DNA from: Nitrospirota bacterium
GTDB lineage: Bacteria > Nitrospirota > Nitrospiria > JACQBW01
Length of the DNA: 64,000 nt
Direction: 5' to 3'
Assembly: GCA_016194305.1 (NCBI GenBank)
Contig: JACQBW010000003.1
Span: 39,224 to 103,223, forward strand
Translations under genes and position numbers: made by a program
Notes under the pieces: model-generated
Told to the model about the DNA's origin: nothing
Databases searched by the model: none
The model's input: the letters and a program-made list of their open reading frames with translations, nothing else
In this document: piece by piece, positions 1-9,819 of the stretch
Layout: every line of letters starts with the position of its first letter
Position numbering within the stretch: position 1 is the stretch's first letter

Positions 1-1
1 A

Positions 2-1009
2 ATTTCATTCTTACTGGTCGGATCTTATTCAATTCTGGAATTATTTTATTTGGCGGGAAACGAACAGGCGTCTATCGTTCTGGAGAAATTAAATATGTTC
101 ATTCACGCTTCAAAAAATATCGAAAACTATAGTTACTTGTATCCCAATAGGGTTCGATCTGTCTCGTCGGAGTCTTCTTGGTTTTCGATGTATAGCGGAT
201 TTGCTTTCCCTTGGATAGTAAGTTATATGTTTACCAGACCAAAGAACTATATTATCTATCTCTTTCTAACTTCGTATTTCCTAATATTAATTATGTTTAC
301 ATTTTCACGTACAGCTCTTGTCATTACGTTTTGTCAATTATCACTTATTATCTATGCCTTAATTAGAGAGAAAGTCAGAAAACTCAAACTTTTGTTTTAC
401 ATGGCAATCTCCATTCTTATTCTAATCGGATTTGCATATACTTCTAACATAGGAAATCTTGCATTTACAGTAAATGATTTAGTCACAAGAATCATATCTC
501 TGGACGCACCTTCAAATCTAGCCCGATTCGGCTCCCAGGTCGCAGCCTTGGAAATGGGAATGGAGAATCCTCTATTTGGTGTTGGATTGGGACAATATGG
601 TTTTCACATGAGCGAGTTTGTTCCTGAATGGGCAAAAGCAAGCTCTGAAATCAGACTCTGGACAAATCCTGCAGTTGGTACTGCATGGCCTCCAATCCAC
701 AGCATCTATGTTCGACTTATCTGTGAAGTTGGTTTAATTGGTTTTCTAATTTGGTGTCTTGCCTGGTTCAATTTAATATATTCCTGTTATAAAACATTAA
801 AATTATCTTCGATTTATATGATAGATGACAGGGAGCTGCATTTCCTCAGCATTTCACTTCTTGTGAGCATGGTCGGAGTGTTTCTGGCCGGTTTCAACTC
901 GGATTCTTTTAGGTTTTTGGGATATTGGTATGTAATGGGAATTGGGTGGTCTTACAATTATTTAACTCAAGTCGATATCAAGAGAACTCTGGAACTAAAG
1001 CTATCTTAA
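2..1009 (+). CDS. O-antigen ligase/polymerase (Wzy/WaaL-like) family polytopic membrane protein. It is partial: the frame is open to the window start, so the N-terminus lies upstream.
   Basis: The frame is open from nt 2 with no start codon. Several hydrophobic helices are present, plus a large loop with G-rich motifs typical of O-antigen ligase-like proteins. The gene sits at the head of a glycosyltransferase cluster. Confidence 0.5.
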   Translation: MSFLLVGSYSILELFYLAGNEQASIVLEKLNMFIHASKNIENYSYLYPNRVRSVSSESSWFSMYSGFAFPWIVSYMFTRPKNYIIYLFLTSYFLILIMFTFSRTALVITFCQLSLIIYALIREKVRKLKLLFYMAISILILIGFAYTSNIGNLAFTVNDLVTRIISLDAPSNLARFGSQVAALEMGMENPLFGVGLGQYGFHMSEFVPEWAKASSEIRLWTNPAVGTAWPPIHSIYVRLICEVGLIGFLIWCLAWFNLIYSCYKTLKLSSIYMIDDRELHFLSISLLVSMVGVFLAGFNSDSFRFLGYWYVMGIGWSYNYLTQVDIKRTLELKLS

Positions 1010-1077
1010 CCTAACTTCCTCAGATATTACTTAAGTTAAGAACATCCGATTGCTAAGCAATCGAAAGGAGAAATAAT

Positions 1078-1791
1078 TTGGGAATGGAAGTACTAAAGAA
1101 AAAAGAAGAAATTGCCGCTGCTAGGATGAAACTGAGAGAAAGAGGACTATCCTTTATGAGCTCAGGTTTAAAGCGCTTCATTGATGCACTGGGACTATAT
1201 AACAGTATCGTTATCGGAGACTTCATTAAAAGTTGGGATGTATTGAAGACTGCAAATTTTATTGAATCCAATGTGAAAAAAGAGATGGCGGTGCTAGATA
1301 TTGGCGCATATGCCTCCGAGATATTATTTGTCCTGCGTGGTCTCAAATATACGAATTTAACAGGTATTGATCTGAATCCAAGAATAAAATCAATGCCATT
1401 TTCCGATACAATTCACTATGAGATATCTAATTTTATGAACACAAAGTTTAAAGACGACTCATTCGACGTAATCACTGCCATTTCGGTCATTGAGCATGGA
1501 TTCAACTCTAGAGACCTCTTATCGGAAGTCTCTCGTCTGCTCAAGTCCGGTGGATATTTTGTTGCCTCTTTTGACTACTGGCCAAATAAATTAGACACCA
1601 ATGGCATTAAAATGTTTGATATGGATTGGAAGATATTCTCTGAGGAAGAAGTTAAAGATATTATAGATGTTGGAAACCGGTTTAAATTAATTCCTTATGG
1701 AAATCTAGATTTTAGAGCGATAGATCAACCCATCAGTTGCGAAAATATGAATTACACGTTTGGTTGGTTGGTTCTGAGAAAAGTTCTTTAA
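1078..1791 (+). CDS. Class I SAM-dependent methyltransferase (Methyltransf_11-like).
   Basis: It has a motif I-like 'VLDIGAYAS' and a post-I acidic residue. 'VITAISVIEHGFNSRDLL...LLKSGGYFVASF' is typical of SAM MTases. AGGAG precedes the ATG at 1084. Confidence 0.7.
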   Translation: MGMEVLKKKEEIAAARMKLRERGLSFMSSGLKRFIDALGLYNSIVIGDFIKSWDVLKTANFIESNVKKEMAVLDIGAYASEILFVLRGLKYTNLTGIDLNPRIKSMPFSDTIHYEISNFMNTKFKDDSFDVITAISVIEHGFNSRDLLSEVSRLLKSGGYFVASFDYWPNKLDTNGIKMFDMDWKIFSEEEVKDIIDVGNRFKLIPYGNLDFRAIDQPISCENMNYTFGWLVLRKVL

Positions 1792-1824
1792 AAGAAATAA
1801 AATTGGATTGCAGACGGAGTTGGT

Positions 1825-2925
1825 GTGAGAATCTTGCTTGTATCAGGATCCTTTCCTCCAATGAAATGCGGAGTGGGTCATTATACCTTCCATCTTGCCA
1901 ATGCATTAGCTAAGAGCGGAAAAGTCACTGTTGGAATATTGACAGGTCAGGCGGCAGGTTCTAGCACACGCGATGTTGATTTTGAAATCATTCCGATTGT
2001 TGAAACATGGAAATTGACAGAAGCTAGAAAAATATTAAAGAAAATTCAATCGTGGCATCCAGATGTTGTTCATGTTCAATTTCCGACTCAAGGTTATGGA
2101 AACAGGGTATTGCCTTGGATCTTGACCATTTTTTTGCAAATTAAAAAGTTTCCTATGGTCCAGACTTGGCATGAATACTATTTAAAGGGAGGGAAACGAA
2201 ATATTCTCAATGCTTTTACTTCCGGTGGTTTGATCGTAGTGAGACCAAAATATAAGGAGATGATGCCACGGTGGTACCGCAATCTTATAAAGCATAAGAT
2301 CTACAAATTTATTCCAAACGCATCTGCCATTCCGGCCGTTCAATTGATCGATGTGGAGAAGGAGGCCATACAAATGAGCTACGCTAGAAAAGGAAAATCC
2401 ATGATTGTCTACTTTGGTTTCGTTTTTCCTCATAAAGGAGTAGATACTTTATTTAAAGTGGCCAATCCCGAGAAACATCATCTTGTCTTCATTTGTGACC
2501 TAAAAGTTGGAGACTCTTATCAGGAGCGGCTTTTGGATACGATAAATAGTCCTCCATGGAAGGGGGCCGTCACTGTGACAGGATATTTATCAGATTCAGA
2601 GGTTGCTCGGATTTTAGCAGCGGCGGATGCCGTTGTACTCCCATTTCGCGAAGGTGCCGGAATATGGAATACTACAGTTCATGCGGCTGAAGCACAGGGC
2701 ACCTTTATTTTGACAACTTCTTGCGATAAGACCCGAGGTTACAATGAAACAGAAAATATCTACTATGCGTTGCCTAATGATATAACAGATATGCAAAAAG
2801 CCTTGGATCTATATAGTGGCAGAAAGCGACAAACATCAAAATCAACAAAAACAATAGATTGGAACTATATTAGTAATGAACATTATAATTTTTATCAGGC
2901 ATTATTAGATAGTAGTCATCCCTAG
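1825..2925 (+). CDS. GT4-family glycosyltransferase.
   Basis: The N-terminus 'MRILLVSGSFPPMKCGVGHYTFHLANAL' is a GT4 N-domain signature. A C-terminal EX7E-like region is present. Confidence 0.8.
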   Translation: MRILLVSGSFPPMKCGVGHYTFHLANALAKSGKVTVGILTGQAAGSSTRDVDFEIIPIVETWKLTEARKILKKIQSWHPDVVHVQFPTQGYGNRVLPWILTIFLQIKKFPMVQTWHEYYLKGGKRNILNAFTSGGLIVVRPKYKEMMPRWYRNLIKHKIYKFIPNASAIPAVQLIDVEKEAIQMSYARKGKSMIVYFGFVFPHKGVDTLFKVANPEKHHLVFICDLKVGDSYQERLLDTINSPPWKGAVTVTGYLSDSEVARILAAADAVVLPFREGAGIWNTTVHAAEAQGTFILTTSCDKTRGYNETENIYYALPNDITDMQKALDLYSGRKRQTSKSTKTIDWNYISNEHYNFYQALLDSSHP

Positions 2926-2932
2926 GCTAAAT

Positions 2933-3955
2933 ATGACGCAAATAAAACTTTCGATTTGCATACCTACCTATAATTTTGGAAATTTTATAGGCGAAACGCT
3001 TTCCTCTATTTTAGGACAAGTCAGTCAATATGTTGAGATTGTTGTTTTAGATGGAGGATCTACAGATAATACTCAAGAAGTAATTCAAGAATTTAAAAAT
3101 CAATACCCTGAAATTCACTACATTCGATTCGATAAAAAGGGAGGCATAGATAAAGATCTATCTTTGTGCGTTGAGAATGCGAGAGGAGAATATTGCTGGT
3201 TAGTGTCAAGTGACGACATAGTCGAAACCGGAGCGATTTTAAGAATGCTCAATGAAATTGAGAGCGGACATGATGTCTATTTATGCAATAGATTGGAATG
3301 TGACATTAATCTCGTTCCCTATAGAAAGCGTCCTTGGTTATCCAATGGGATCGAAGACAGAATATTTGATTTTTCAAACGATACGGAATTAGCTAGTTAT
3401 TTGGATGGATCCCAATCATTAGGAGCGCTTTTTAGTTATATGAGTTCAATCGTGGTAAATCGAAATAAATGGACAAGAGTGGGTTATAACGAGTTGTTTA
3501 CGGGGAGTAATTACGCCCATGTCTTCAGGCTTTTTGAAATATTAAGAACTGGCGGCATTTTAAAATATATCAAAGATTCGCTCGTTAAATGCAGAACCGG
3601 AAACGATAGCTTTTTGGATCGTGGGATAATTCATCGATTTTTGATCGACTTAAAAGGGTATCAACTTTTGGCAGATGAATTATTTAATGCCAATCCTGTT
3701 TTGAAAAAGCAATTCATGTCAGTCATGCAACGTCAACATGCCTGGTACGGATTAATTCGCTTAAGGAGCGAGAATTCGAAAGCGGATCTATGGGGAGATT
3801 TAGAGAGAAGATTTCTTATTTTTGGTTATTCTAAGAAAAAACTGTCCATAATTAGAATTTTGGGATCCTATAGAATCGTTACTTTTTTTCTTCCTGTTAT
3901 AAAGAAAATAGTTAATATTAAAAGAAAACTGATTTTTGATATTAGTGGGGGATAA
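2933..3955 (+). CDS. GT2-family glycosyltransferase.
   Basis: 'LSICIPTYNFGNFIGETLSSILGQ...VEIVVLDGGSTDNT' is a GT-A fold with a DxD-type motif. Confidence 0.8.
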   Translation: MTQIKLSICIPTYNFGNFIGETLSSILGQVSQYVEIVVLDGGSTDNTQEVIQEFKNQYPEIHYIRFDKKGGIDKDLSLCVENARGEYCWLVSSDDIVETGAILRMLNEIESGHDVYLCNRLECDINLVPYRKRPWLSNGIEDRIFDFSNDTELASYLDGSQSLGALFSYMSSIVVNRNKWTRVGYNELFTGSNYAHVFRLFEILRTGGILKYIKDSLVKCRTGNDSFLDRGIIHRFLIDLKGYQLLADELFNANPVLKKQFMSVMQRQHAWYGLIRLRSENSKADLWGDLERRFLIFGYSKKKLSIIRILGSYRIVTFFLPVIKKIVNIKRKLIFDISGG

Positions 3956-3967
3956 GGAGAATACGCG

Positions 3968-5227
3968 ATGCATCTAATACACAGGAATACCTGTAGGGTT
4001 TGCGGAATGCCAACATTGACGAAAGTAATAGATTTGGGTGAACAGCACTTGCAGGGTTCTTTTATTAAATTAGGAAAAGAAACTCCTCCTAACAGAAAAA
4101 TACCGCTTGTTTTACTGCGTTGTGATCCGACGAAAAACGAAGGTGCGTGTGGACTACTTCAGCTGCAACATTCTGTCCCCCCCAAGATTCTTTATTCATC
4201 TTATTGGTACCGTTCAGGTACAAATCAAACGATGAGAGATCACTTGAAAGACATTTCCTACGAAGCGGCAACCCTGATCAATAAAAAGGACGCTCTGGTA
4301 CTCGATATCGGATGTAATGACGGTACACTATTAAAGTTTTATCCGAAAACATATAAGAAATATGGCATCGATCCGTCTGATGTCGCTCAGGAAATTAGGG
4401 ACGATATCAATGTGATCCAGGATACATTTCCTTCTGATGAGCTGAATAAGGAATGTGAGGGGAAACATTTCGACATTATTACCTCAATTGCAATGTTTTA
4501 TGACCTGGAGGATCCGGTTTCATTTGTGAGAAATATTAAATCTTGTTTATCTAATGACGGTATATGGATTTTTGAAATGTCGTACATGCCCTCTATGTTA
4601 AAAATGAATTCGTATGACACGATTTGTCATGAACATTTGGAATATTACAGTCTGGCGGTTATCGAGAATATTTTAAAACGGGCTGAAATGAAAATGATAA
4701 AAGTGGATCTGAATGACATCAATGGCGGAAGTATTCGCTGTTACGCGACGCCAATAGGTAATTTCAAGTTTAAGAAAAATGAATATTTGCTAACTTTGGA
4801 AAGACTGCGCCAAGAGGAATTTGACCTGGAACTGGATACCGACAAACCCTACAAACATTTTCAAGAGAGGATAAACGTTCATCGGGAAGCACTTACTTTT
4901 CAGCTCAGAAAATTAAAGAGTGAGGGAAAAAAGATTCATGTTTACGGTGCATCAACCAAAGGAAACACTATATTACAGTGGTGTGGGATAAATAATGCGA
5001 TAATTGATTTTGCGGCAGATAGGAATCCAGATAAATATGGTGCAAAAACACTTGGAACCGAGATTCCTATAGTCAGTGAAGCTGATTCAAGAGCTTTGAA
5101 TCCAGACTATTATCTTGTATTGCCATGGCATTTTAAAAAGGAATTCTTGGAAAGGGAGAAAGAGAGCTTAGATAAGGGAATCGGAATGATTTTTCCATTA
5201 CCTGCTATTGAAATTGTGAAAAAATAA
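3968..5227 (+). CDS. SAM-dependent sugar C-methyltransferase-like protein, with a Zn-ribbon N-terminus, an MTase core and a C-methyltransferase C-terminal domain (TylCIII/NovU-like architecture).
   Basis: The N-terminus has 'CRVCGMPTLTKVIDLGEQHLQGSF' (Cys pair). The MTase motif 'LVLDIGCNDGTLL' is present. The long C-terminal domain is typical of NDP-hexose C-methyltransferases. Confidence 0.65.
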   Translation: MHLIHRNTCRVCGMPTLTKVIDLGEQHLQGSFIKLGKETPPNRKIPLVLLRCDPTKNEGACGLLQLQHSVPPKILYSSYWYRSGTNQTMRDHLKDISYEAATLINKKDALVLDIGCNDGTLLKFYPKTYKKYGIDPSDVAQEIRDDINVIQDTFPSDELNKECEGKHFDIITSIAMFYDLEDPVSFVRNIKSCLSNDGIWIFEMSYMPSMLKMNSYDTICHEHLEYYSLAVIENILKRAEMKMIKVDLNDINGGSIRCYATPIGNFKFKKNEYLLTLERLRQEEFDLELDTDKPYKHFQERINVHREALTFQLRKLKSEGKKIHVYGASTKGNTILQWCGINNAIIDFAADRNPDKYGAKTLGTEIPIVSEADSRALNPDYYLVLPWHFKKEFLEREKESLDKGIGMIFPLPAIEIVKK

Positions 5228-5378
5228 TGCTTTTCAAAATTTAGCGTTTTATTTTCGTAATCCGATATCTTTGCAGATACAGGGAATAAATTGGAATGTA
5301 TATTATCCGTTTTTTAAAGACTGAAATCATTCTTTTGATTTCCTTTTTGTTTCGATCTTCGCTCTTAGAATATAAAAG

Positions 5379-6467
5379 ATGAAAGAGTGTTTTATTAATG
5401 GTCGTTTTCTATCCAAACCGATAACTGGTGTTGAGCGATATGCTTATGAATTAGTCATTGCTTTGGATAAGCTATTGCAATCTGAAAAAATTGATCGAAA
5501 TGAGTATACCCTTACTATACTTACACCTAACGTTCCCAGCAGTGGCATAAAATTAAAATATATAAAAATAAGACAGGTTGGAAATTTTTCCGGGAATTTA
5601 TGGGAGCAAATTGAGCTGCCTTACTATTGTAAGGGCCAAGTATTATTTAATTTGTGTAATGCTGCTCCGCTATTTAAGAAAAAACAAGTGGTAACTATAC
5701 ATGACGCATCCGTTTTTGCCAATCAGGACACTTATTCTTTGAAGTTTAGGATATGGTATCAATTTCTTCTTAGGTCAATTGTTAAATGGTCTGCAGCTGT
5801 CATCACGGATTCGTTGTTTTCAAAAGATGAATTGATGAAATATTGTGGTGTCCCCAGAGAGAAAGTCCATGATATTTCACTGGGCGTCGATCACATTCTT
5901 TCTTTTAAATCGGATCACAGCATTCTTAGAAAATGGAATCTCGTAGAAAGCAGGTATATTTTGGCAGTTGGAAGTTCAAGCCCTAATAAAAATTTTGAAT
6001 CGTTAGTAAAGGCCGCAAAGCTGCTAAATCTAAACGATATACCTATAGTTATAGCGGGAGGAACAAATGATAAGATATTTAATAATCAAAAAACAGATTA
6101 TGCAATGAGTTGTATTCATGTTGGCTATGTAACGGATGGTGAGTTGAGATCTCTTTATGAACATGCCCTTTGTTTTGTATTTCCATCGCTTTACGAAGGG
6201 TTCGGATTGCCTCCATTGGAAGCAATGATGTGTGGATGTCCCGTAATCACCTCCAACGTCTCATCACTACCTGAAGTATGTCAAAATGGTGTTTTATATT
6301 GTGATCCGAACGATCTTAAGGATATTTCTGAGAAAATTTCGTCTGTTATTAAAGATGACGAATTAAGATCAAACCTAGTGGAACTCGGATTAATTCAATC
6401 AAAACAATATACCTGGGAATTATGTGGATTGAAGACGTTCGAAATATTAAGAGAAGTGATTAATTGA
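5379..6467 (+). CDS. GT4-family glycosyltransferase.
   Basis: The C-terminus has 'EGFGLPPLEAMMCGCPVITSNVSSLPEV' (EX7E motif). Confidence 0.8.
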   Translation: MKECFINGRFLSKPITGVERYAYELVIALDKLLQSEKIDRNEYTLTILTPNVPSSGIKLKYIKIRQVGNFSGNLWEQIELPYYCKGQVLFNLCNAAPLFKKKQVVTIHDASVFANQDTYSLKFRIWYQFLLRSIVKWSAAVITDSLFSKDELMKYCGVPREKVHDISLGVDHILSFKSDHSILRKWNLVESRYILAVGSSSPNKNFESLVKAAKLLNLNDIPIVIAGGTNDKIFNNQKTDYAMSCIHVGYVTDGELRSLYEHALCFVFPSLYEGFGLPPLEAMMCGCPVITSNVSSLPEVCQNGVLYCDPNDLKDISEKISSVIKDDELRSNLVELGLIQSKQYTWELCGLKTFEILREVIN

Positions 6468-7582
6468 AAGTAGCGCTTGTCCATGACTATTTAAATCAGT
6501 TCGGCGGAGCTGAACGGGTTGTTGAGATTCTTCACGAAATGTTTCCAGATGCACCTATATTTACCTCTTTTTTTATTCCGGAAGATTTGCCTTCCGTATT
6601 TACCAAGCTGGATATTCGGGAATCGCTTATGCGGTATTTACCTTTCCTGAAACGGCATTTTAAGAAATATCTTTTGTTATACCCTAAAGCATTTGAAAGT
6701 TTCGACTTGGAGGGGTATGATCTTATTTTGAGCAGTAGCAGCGCATTTGCCAAGGGGATTATTATACCGAAAAATGCCCTGCATATCTGCTATTGCTACA
6801 CCCCAATGAGATTTGTCTGGGACTATCATTCTTATATTGAAAAAGAAAAAATTGGTTCAACAATAAAAATGTTCTTGCCCTTCGCTATTCGCTATTTAAA
6901 GAAATGGGATCTTGCTTCCGTGAGAAATGTTCACCATTTCATTGCCATATCGGACCATATAAGAAAAAGAATAAGGAGATGCTATCAAATTGAATCAGAG
7001 ATAATTTATCCGCCAGTAAATACTTCTAGTTTTGAGCTGGGAGACGATCAAGAAAGCTATTTTCTGATCGTTTCGAGATTAAATGCTTATAAGAGTATTG
7101 ACATCGTAATCGAGGCATTCAACCAATTGGGACTCCCCCTGGTTATTGCAGGAGGCGGTCCTCAGAAAGAGGCATTAGAATCTATATCCAAACCGAACAT
7201 CACTTTTCTCGGAAAGGTGTCAGAAGAAAGGTTGAAAGATCTTTATCGTAAATCCAAGGCCTTTATATTTCCCGGTGAGGAGGACTTCGGAATGGCTCCT
7301 GTCGAGTCCATGGCATCTGGCCGTCCCGTCATTGCTTTCGGAAAAGGGGGAGCACTTGAAACTATCATAGATGGAAAGACAGGAATTTTTTTTCAGGAAC
7401 AAAATTCGGAATCAGTGATTGACGCAGTAAAACGATTTCATAAGATTTCATTTAACTCAATTGACATCAGAAAACATGCCAAGGCATTTGATAGCGCCCA
7501 ATTTAGAGAGAGGATGAAGCAATTTATTAAAAACAAATACGATGCCTTTCAATCGGAATTAAAAAGCTCCTCTTCCCCATAA
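6464..7582 (+). CDS. GT4-family glycosyltransferase.
   Basis: 'FPGEEDFGMAPVESMASGRPVIAFGKGGALETI' is present. Its start overlaps the stop of the upstream GT by 4 nt. Confidence 0.8.
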   Translation: MKVALVHDYLNQFGGAERVVEILHEMFPDAPIFTSFFIPEDLPSVFTKLDIRESLMRYLPFLKRHFKKYLLLYPKAFESFDLEGYDLILSSSSAFAKGIIIPKNALHICYCYTPMRFVWDYHSYIEKEKIGSTIKMFLPFAIRYLKKWDLASVRNVHHFIAISDHIRKRIRRCYQIESEIIYPPVNTSSFELGDDQESYFLIVSRLNAYKSIDIVIEAFNQLGLPLVIAGGGPQKEALESISKPNITFLGKVSEERLKDLYRKSKAFIFPGEEDFGMAPVESMASGRPVIAFGKGGALETIIDGKTGIFFQEQNSESVIDAVKRFHKISFNSIDIRKHAKAFDSAQFRERMKQFIKNKYDAFQSELKSSSSP

Positions 7583-8980
7583 CACAACAGGAATCGTTTT
7601 CAAAAATATCTCCATATCCAGTTTTAACGACCAGTTATCTATATATTTTAGATCTAGATTCATCCATTCTTCAAAATTGATGTTTCTATTTCTGCCGCTG
7701 ATTTGCCAGAGGCAGGTGATTCCCGGTTTCATTGAAAGCTTTCTTTTCTGCCATCTTTTGTAATGAGCCACTTCCTCCGGTAGGGGAGGACGAGGTCCCA
7801 CCAGGCTCATTTCACCCACAAGGACATTCCAAAATTGGGGAATTTCGTCCAGACTCGTTTTTCTTAACCATTTTCCCATCGAAGTAATTCGGGGATCATT
7901 TTTAATTTTAAAAACAGGGCCGTCCATTTCATTTAACACTGCGAGATCTCTCTTCTGTTCTTCTGCGTTGATGACCATTGACCTGAACTTATAAAGCCCG
8001 AAGTGGCGCCCGTTTCTTCCTACTCTTATTTGTTTGAAAAATACTGGACCGGGCGACGAGATCTTTATTAAAAAAACAATGATTCCATATATTGGAATCA
8101 GCGCAACAATTAGGAAAGTGGATACTATCACATCCATGATACGTTTAATGAGTAACAGAAATTCGTTATAAGGTACCGTTGAAAAAGTGAGGAGAGGAAT
8201 GCCATGGAGATCCTCGAGATGCACTTTTGCGATCATGTGGGGAAAGAAATTAACCGCGACTCTGGCGTTAATTCCTTCTTCCTCGCAAATTAGAAACGAC
8301 TCTTCCAGGTTCTCGAGCCTTTTCCTTGACACAGCAAATACCACTTCATCAATGACATGTTGATCAATAATCTTAGTCAGATCCTCAACAAGTCCAAGAA
8401 CAGGAAGTCCCATTATCTTTGTAAAGCGAGCTGATGGAATATCTGAAACGAAGCCAATAAATTTCAATCCCCAGTGTCCATTTCTTTCTATGCTTTTAGC
8501 AATTTCTCGAGCTCTTTTTCCGGTACCAACAATAACGATCGCTCTAAAATTAAAACCCTTCTTGCGAACAATTCTAGCGATTTCACGTATTAGGATACGA
8601 GCCATAGATAATAATAGAAACGAAAAAAATCCGAATGTTAAGATGAGAAAGCGACTTGCTGAATGGGCTCTAATGGCAAATACGAGAAACCCAATAAATA
8701 GAGTTCCTATCGCTGAAGTAATAAAAATTAACCTAATTTCATGCAATAGAGTGCGGGTTCGCTGAGACTCGTAAAGGCGGGAAAAATAAAAGAGTAAAGA
8801 CCATACCGGTAAAATAATAAGCAACAACCACGTTTGATTATAAAAAGGATCTGTAATGCCAATTGTTTTTATGAACGAAGAATTTCTAAAGAGGTAAGAT
8901 AGATAGAAACTCAGAAGAAGAATGGTTTGATCCAAAAAATAAAGCAAGAAAGATACAAGGCGAGTTTTTTGTCGCAGCAT
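7559..8980 (-). CDS. Polyprenyl-phosphate sugar phosphotransferase (WbaP/WcaJ-type priming glycosyltransferase).
   Basis: The N-terminus has four to five TM helices. The conserved C-terminal domain is 'PGPVFFKQIRVGRNGRHFGLYKFRSMV...DEIPQFWNVLVGEMSLVGPRP'. Confidence 0.85.
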   Translation of the reverse strand: MLRQKTRLVSFLLYFLDQTILLLSFYLSYLFRNSSFIKTIGITDPFYNQTWLLLIILPVWSLLFYFSRLYESQRTRTLLHEIRLIFITSAIGTLFIGFLVFAIRAHSASRFLILTFGFFSFLLLSMARILIREIARIVRKKGFNFRAIVIVGTGKRAREIAKSIERNGHWGLKFIGFVSDIPSARFTKIMGLPVLGLVEDLTKIIDQHVIDEVVFAVSRKRLENLEESFLICEEEGINARVAVNFFPHMIAKVHLEDLHGIPLLTFSTVPYNEFLLLIKRIMDVIVSTFLIVALIPIYGIIVFLIKISSPGPVFFKQIRVGRNGRHFGLYKFRSMVINAEEQKRDLAVLNEMDGPVFKIKNDPRITSMGKWLRKTSLDEIPQFWNVLVGEMSLVGPRPPLPEEVAHYKRWQKRKLSMKPGITCLWQISGRNRNINFEEWMNLDLKYIDNWSLKLDMEIFLKTIPVVLWGRGAF

Positions 8981-9173
8981 TTATGTCCAAGCGAAACAAG
9001 TTAGGAAATTTAGGGATAGATGAGTTAGATTAAACCGTTCGTCTGAGTTTGGCCGAATGATTTTATGAGTTCTCAGTTTTAGCAAATTCAATGACTTATG
9101 GATAGCTATTCTTAAGGTTTTAACCGTGGCACATTCGCATAAATGTTACGACAAAGTATGACCTGTCTATTTA

Positions 9174-9221
9174 TTGACAGTTTACCATAAATATATTTTA
9201 TGTTAGTGACAAAAATTGTCA
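9174..9221 (+). promoter_or_regulatory. Upstream control region of the tad locus. It holds a TTGACA -35-like hexamer (9174-9179) and a perfect palindrome TGACAA-AAA-TTGTCA (9207-9221), a candidate operator.
   Basis: Read directly from the sequence. The region lies in an AT-rich 480-nt gap upstream of flp. No clean -10 hexamer sits at 17-nt spacing, so the promoter call is weak. Confidence 0.3.
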
Positions 9222-9373
9222 ATTGAAATTATTATTTCTCTTCTTTAAAATAACTTCCAGTCACTCTTCGTTCATGATCTATCAATAAAATTTAACCTTC
9301 ACGCGTTACGGAAGGGCCTTCTTTGTTCCGGATGTATTACAGAGGCGTCTTGAGAGATACACGAGGACAGGCC

Positions 9374-9502
9374 ATGTTCGAGTACCTTCTCCTTACTTTA
9401 TTTACTCTGGTTGCGATATATGGTTTGGAAATTTCATTTAAAGATATTTTGGCACCGGCATTCAAAAGGTTTACAGCCGTAGTCCGATGGCCAATACCTT
9501 AA
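9374..9502 (+). CDS. Small 42-aa hydrophobic ORF (MFEYLLLTLFTLVAIYGLEISFKDILAPAFKRFTAVVRWPIP). It may be a leaderless Flp-like peptide or a spurious ORF.
   Basis: GAGGA lies 6 nt upstream of the ATG. The N-terminus has EY at positions 3-4 followed by a hydrophobic helix, resembling a mature Flp N-terminus without a leader. The ORF was too short for the six-frame track. Confidence 0.2.
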   Translation: MFEYLLLTLFTLVAIYGLEISFKDILAPAFKRFTAVVRWPIP

Positions 9503-9519
9503 AATTAAAGGAGTACTTT

Positions 9520-9753
9520 ATGTTTAGAAAATTGGGTCAAAGAGGGCAGGGAATGACCGAATACATTATTATTCTGGCGATGGTCGCCGTCGGAGCAATT
9601 GTAGTTTTTAAACTGTTAGGCGCCGTCATTCGGGAAAAAGTTTCACAGGTGGGTACATCCATTTCAACCGGCAAACCTTCGGTCAAAGAAGGGAAGGAGA
9701 AAATGGACAATCCTGATAAGGGGCTGGACAATAAATTCTACGGCCGCGATTAA
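9520..9753 (+). CDS. flp: Flp-family type IVb pilin.
   Basis: The motif 'RGQG/MTEYIIILAMVAVGAIVVF' matches the Flp G/XXXXEY processing site followed by a hydrophobic stretch. AAGGAG lies 7 nt upstream of the ATG at 9520. The track ORF 9487 is an in-frame N-terminal extension. Confidence 0.8.
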   Translation: MFRKLGQRGQGMTEYIIILAMVAVGAIVVFKLLGAVIREKVSQVGTSISTGKPSVKEGKEKMDNPDKGLDNKFYGRD

Positions 9754-9819
9754 AGACCGACTGATGATAAAAGGCTAATTGCTGCGTTCTCGTCCCTCAG
9801 CCTCTTCAACGTACTTAAG

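Noticed and set aside
9127-9466. Two TGGCAC motifs (about 9127 and about 9446) resembling the sigma54 -24 element upstream of flp.
   Set aside because: Neither has a GC or TTGC -12 element at the required 10-nt spacing (CATAA and TTCA instead). They are not called as sigma54 promoters.
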